Of a stretch of 64,000 nucleotides of DNA, positions 60,802 to 64,000 are shown in pieces; positions within the stretch are counted from its first letter, which is position 1, and each line of letters begins with the position of its first letter. The notes under the pieces were generated by a model that had not been told where the DNA came from, searched no databases, and saw only the letters and a program-made list of their open reading frames with translations. The stretch is from positions 1-64,000 of the IMG/VR virus record IMGVR_UViG_3300020192_000010. One strand, written 5' to 3'. A program made the translations under genes and the position numbers. The DNA is from a virus.

Positions 60802-61308
60802 TCAAACTTTTTTCTTTAGTTCGTTAGCTTTCTCCTGCTTTTCTTTTCCTTCGAGCCCGTGATAATCAAGCATTCCGTCTACGTATTCGTTAGCTTCACC
60901 TTTTCCATATTGATCTGCAAGCCACTCTACCTGGTTCTGAAACCCTTCAACTTCAAATGGGTTATCGAGGTAATCGCCATCATCTGCGCCTTGCGTAGGC
61001 TCGGTGCCGGTAGTTTGCTGAAGCCAATGCGTAATCTCGTGAATACCGTAACCGAAGTCTTTAAAGAAGTCCCCGTCACATAGAAGTTTGTAATTAAAAT
61101 AGATAATCCCATGGTCTGTCTTAGCCGAAACATCTAAATCAGAAAAACTAATAGGAATGTAGTCTATCTCCTCGATATCCACTCCATATTCATTAAAAAT
61201 GCTTTGCATTTGCTTGTTCTTTTTAAGGTAAACCCTCAAATTTGTAATAAGCGTCAGCAAAAGCTTAGGAGAAAACCCTCTAACTTCTTCTAAAGTATAT
61301 TTCTTCAC
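60802..61308 (-). CDS. Putative zincin metallopeptidase
   Basis: HEITH motif followed by NPFEVEGF. Confidence 0.6.
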   Translation of the reverse strand: MKKYTLEEVRGFSPKLLLTLITNLRVYLKKNKQMQSIFNEYGVDIEEIDYIPISFSDLDVSAKTDHGIIYFNYKLLCDGDFFKDFGYGIHEITHWLQQTTGTEPTQGADDGDYLDNPFEVEGFQNQVEWLADQYGKGEANEYVDGMLDYHGLEGKEKQEKANELKKKV

Positions 61309-61366
61309 CTAACAGTCTCCTTCATTCTATTATATAGCGCTTTAGTGAGGGAAAGCTCAAATAAGG

Positions 61367-62266
61367 TTAGAAGAAGCGGCGGGCTCTCAGGTGGCGAAGG
61401 CGTTGCACGTTAGGGTTGGTCGTAGTGATCGTCATCGTGCCCAAACCCTTAGGAGCTGGGCGCATAGAGTTCTTAATGTACTTTAAATTCTCGTTATACG
61501 ACGAAAGAGCTGACGAATACTGTGTCATCAGCATTTCCGATACCGTTGGTGGAACGAACGAGATGCCATTGTCAGTAATATTGAACTCTCGACCTCGTTC
61601 AATCAGAGCCTGACTGGATAGAGCGTAAAGAGTAGCTCCTTGAACCAACATATTGATGAACTGGTCTATAATGGCAGTGTCTTCGTAAGTAAAATTAGTG
61701 AAATATGGAATTTCATTAAAATTACTCAACGACATAGCGCAAAACGTAACCAATAGATCTGTAGTAAAAATATCACAATCGATGTAAGTAACGTTTCCGT
61801 TAGCGTCAATCTTCTTTGCCTTACCGCTGCTCTTCAAACGAGCGCGAAGGCCTTTGATAACCTTATCGATGTTGAATATAGCATTCTGGCTGTAGTTGAA
61901 CCCGACATCGTCGCCCAAGTGGTAATAACCATCCGTATTGATGGCTGGCATTTGAGTATTATCAACAATGAATTGAAAATTGGCTTCAATGCTGGTACCC
62001 TGAAGTGTTCCGGTCCACTTGTCGATATAAACACCTACTGGTCCGCCGATACCTACTGCGTAATCGAAACCATATCGGCCCTCTTCGACTCGATAAATAC
62101 CGGCAGACGTAGGGCCGAACGACACGAGCCCGCTAGGCAAGATTATACTGATAGTGGGATAGGCATCCAAATCTATTGGAGTGCCGGTTCCATCTTTAAA
62201 TAGTGCGCGTAACTGTACAGTGTCGGTAACTTGTACTAGCTCAGAGCGTTGACGGATTTGTGACAT
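61367..62266 (-). CDS. Neck/head-tail adaptor-like protein with Ig-like N-terminus
   Basis: Helical C-terminal half (ITDNGISF) and position in the morphogenesis cluster. Confidence 0.55.
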   Translation of the reverse strand: MSQIRQRSELVQVTDTVQLRALFKDGTGTPIDLDAYPTISIILPSGLVSFGPTSAGIYRVEEGRYGFDYAVGIGGPVGVYIDKWTGTLQGTSIEANFQFIVDNTQMPAINTDGYYHLGDDVGFNYSQNAIFNIDKVIKGLRARLKSSGKAKKIDANGNVTYIDCDIFTTDLLVTFCAMSLSNFNEIPYFTNFTYEDTAIIDQFINMLVQGATLYALSSQALIERGREFNITDNGISFVPPTVSEMLMTQYSSALSSYNENLKYIKNSMRPAPKGLGTMTITTTNPNVQRLRHLRARRFF

Positions 62267-62290
62267 AGAAGGCCCCTTGGGGTTTCCCCA

Positions 62291-62629
62291 TTAGCCGGGC
62301 GATACACTAAAATTCGCAAACGGCGCGTTAACATTTAGTTCGACGACTTCATTTTTAACAGTAGCATCCGGTTCTGTATACTCTACTATTACCACGTAAC
62401 TGCCTACGGCGGAGGCTCCGGATGGCAATTGAAATTTATACTGATAGACGCCTGTGGAAACAACAGTCATGTCCTGTGGAAACCCGGCTGCTGACGCTAG
62501 GCTTGGCATTACGACCTTGGTGATAGAAGGAACGTCATAACCATCGGTAAGAATTCCCGTAGAGGGCTCAAAAACCGAGATGGTTATCGTTGCTATTTGA
62601 CCTGGGCTATAATGTAATATTGTGTGCAT
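62291..62629 (-). CDS. Small Ig-like virion protein
   Basis: Probable start at the ATG at 62629 (MHTILHY); resembles the N-terminal domain of 61367-62266. Confidence 0.6.
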   Translation of the reverse strand: MHTILHYSPGQIATITISVFEPSTGILTDGYDVPSITKVVMPSLASAAGFPQDMTVVSTGVYQYKFQLPSGASAVGSYVVIVEYTEPDATVKNEVVELNVNAPFANFSVSPG

Positions 62630-62681
62630 GCTCAACCTGTGAATATATTCAAATAAGCACATAGTACGGCATTAAAGTTGT

Positions 62682-63077
62682 ATGACTAGCAAGAATAAAG
62701 AATTGTGGATAACCAATCTATCTAAAGTAGACGTCAGCCTGGCTGATCTAAACGTTACGATACGTTCTTTTGCATCTGTCAATCTATTAGACTCAAGACA
62801 TTATAGCATTACCGAAACACAAGCAAATGCATCGATCAAATCTGGATCTATCTATAAGAAACGCGACAAAATCAGAGTAAGGGTTGCTGCGCCACCTCCG
62901 GCTCCAGCTATAACTATTTTACAACAAGAAACGTCTCTGCCTTCCAGGGCACGTTCCGGTATACCAAAACTTGTTCCATTGTATGAAGAATACAATGTCT
63001 CAGACGAACAGTACGCAGAAGAATTAGCTGAAACGGCTGAGCAGGACAGAAAACCACGTCATTCAAGAAATCAATGA
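62682..63077 (+). CDS. Hypothetical protein
   Basis: 131-aa ORF, first of the divergent plus-strand group. Confidence 0.75.
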   Translation: MTSKNKELWITNLSKVDVSLADLNVTIRSFASVNLLDSRHYSITETQANASIKSGSIYKKRDKIRVRVAAPPPAPAITILQQETSLPSRARSGIPKLVPLYEEYNVSDEQYAEELAETAEQDRKPRHSRNQ

Positions 63078-63083
63078 GGCCAC

Positions 63084-63290
63084 ATGGGACAGAAAAAATC
63101 AACAATCATCAATACCCCTCAAGTAGCCTTCTACCCAATGACAAATACTGTCATTTCTTATGACGAAGAAGACGGGGACGTTACGGAAGAAAAATTCGAT
63201 AGAATGCGGAAGATATTGAAGGAATACGAAGAGCTTAACAAATTATATGACCTTTGTATTAAGCGTATCCAGAGTCGCAACGAGAAATAA
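63084..63290 (+). CDS. Hypothetical protein
   Basis: 68 aa with a GAGG ribosome-binding site. Confidence 0.65.
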   Translation: MGQKKSTIINTPQVAFYPMTNTVISYDEEDGDVTEEKFDRMRKILKEYEELNKLYDLCIKRIQSRNEK

Positions 63291-63302
63291 TCGAGGAAAG
63301 CC

Positions 63303-63743
63303 ATGCCAGCAGAACTACCACCAAAGCGCGGGACTACATTGACGCCAACTAAACGAGTGTCTCAGACTAATGAAGCTGATTTATCCAATCAGGACATTGG
63401 TCTACTTACCGTTCAGGATTTGAACAACATTCTTGAAGTAAATCAGAAGGCACTCACTATCTACCTCGAAGTAGAACGTCAAAATGAACACGTCCTTGAA
63501 GTTCTTCAAGAAGAAGCCGATAAGCTTGATCGACTTGAAGTTATCGAAGACGAAGTTAAAGACGTGCGCCGTGACATCGCAACATTCAAAAAGTCGGTTG
63601 ATGAAGTTGGAGATACTGCTAAAGAGATTAAGAAAAAGCTAGAAGACATAGATAAAAATATGTTTCGTCTAGTACTTATCCTCGGCAGCGCTGGCATCGG
63701 TACGATCATTACGATTATCCAGGCGTTCCTTACTCACAAATAA
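63303..63743 (+). CDS. Coiled-coil protein with C-terminal TM helix
   Basis: Heptad region followed by LVLILGSAGIGTIITIIQAFL; GAGG ribosome-binding site. Confidence 0.7.
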   Translation: MPAELPPKRGTTLTPTKRVSQTNEADLSNQDIGLLTVQDLNNILEVNQKALTIYLEVERQNEHVLEVLQEEADKLDRLEVIEDEVKDVRRDIATFKKSVDEVGDTAKEIKKKLEDIDKNMFRLVLILGSAGIGTIITIIQAFLTHK

Positions 63744-63866
63744 CTTACCTTCACGACGTGCCGCTTTGCGGCGGCGCTTCTCGTGTGTTTCCCACGTAGT
63801 CCAGCAACACGGACAGCCGCAACGCTGCCATTTGATGTCTCGTCTGGTCATTCCGTATGGACGCAT
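63669..63866 (-). CDS. Small basic Cys-rich hypothetical protein
   Basis: MRPYG...CGCPCC...KRRRKAARREGK; starts 13 nt after the cold-shock gene and overlaps the convergent gene. Confidence 0.45.
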   Translation of the reverse strand: MRPYGMTRRDIKWQRCGCPCCWTTWETHEKRRRKAARREGKLFVSKERLDNRNDRTDASAAEDKY

Positions 63867-63878
63867 TGAGCGAAGCCT

Positions 63879-64000
63879 TTACTGAAGTACTTGTACGTCG
63901 GTAGCTTTAGGTTGCCCTTTGTTATTTGTTCCGAGCGTGAACGAGACCTTATGGTCTTTCTTCAGGGTCTTGAATCCCTGAACCGTTATATCGGAAAAAT
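63879..64000 (-). CDS. Cold-shock domain protein (3' half, partial; not in the ORF track)
   Basis: FSDITVQGFKTLKKDHKVSFTLGTNNKGQPKATDVQVLQ matches the CspA C-terminal pattern. Confidence 0.85.
   Translation of the reverse strand, partial: FSDITVQGFKTLKKDHKVSFTLGTNNKGQPKATDVQVLQ

Noticed and set aside
391-62203. Numerous short plus-strand and nested ORFs in the track
   Set aside because: They are antisense or alternate-frame shadows of long, motif-bearing minus-strand genes and have no recognisable motifs.

Overview
This window is a segment of a large contractile-tailed (myovirus-like, probably jumbo) phage genome, using the standard genetic code and coded almost entirely on the minus strand. 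In transcription order (right to left) it holds: neck and head-tail joining genes; Kelch and beta-helix fibre/spike genes; a holin-like gene; tail terminator, sheath and tube; tail chaperones with a -1 frameshift; tape measure; hub, spike and baseplate genes; a glycosylation cassette (GT4, two GT2, RmlB); a tubulin/FtsZ homologue; and a replication module (SF2 helicase, DnaC-like loader, DnaB). There are two freestanding HNH endonucleases and two related IS200/IS605 tnpB elements. One element runs off the left edge and interrupts a gene; the other is a 392-bp internally deleted derivative in the tubulin leader. I saw no capsid, portal, terminase, tRNA or CRISPR array. The most striking unexplained signal is a (T)DGY tripeptide found about 21 times in nine virion proteins and never in the non-structural proteins. 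It lies next to the glycosyltransferase cassette and is a candidate sequon for phage-encoded virion modification. Product calls come from motif recognition and gene order only; no searches were run.
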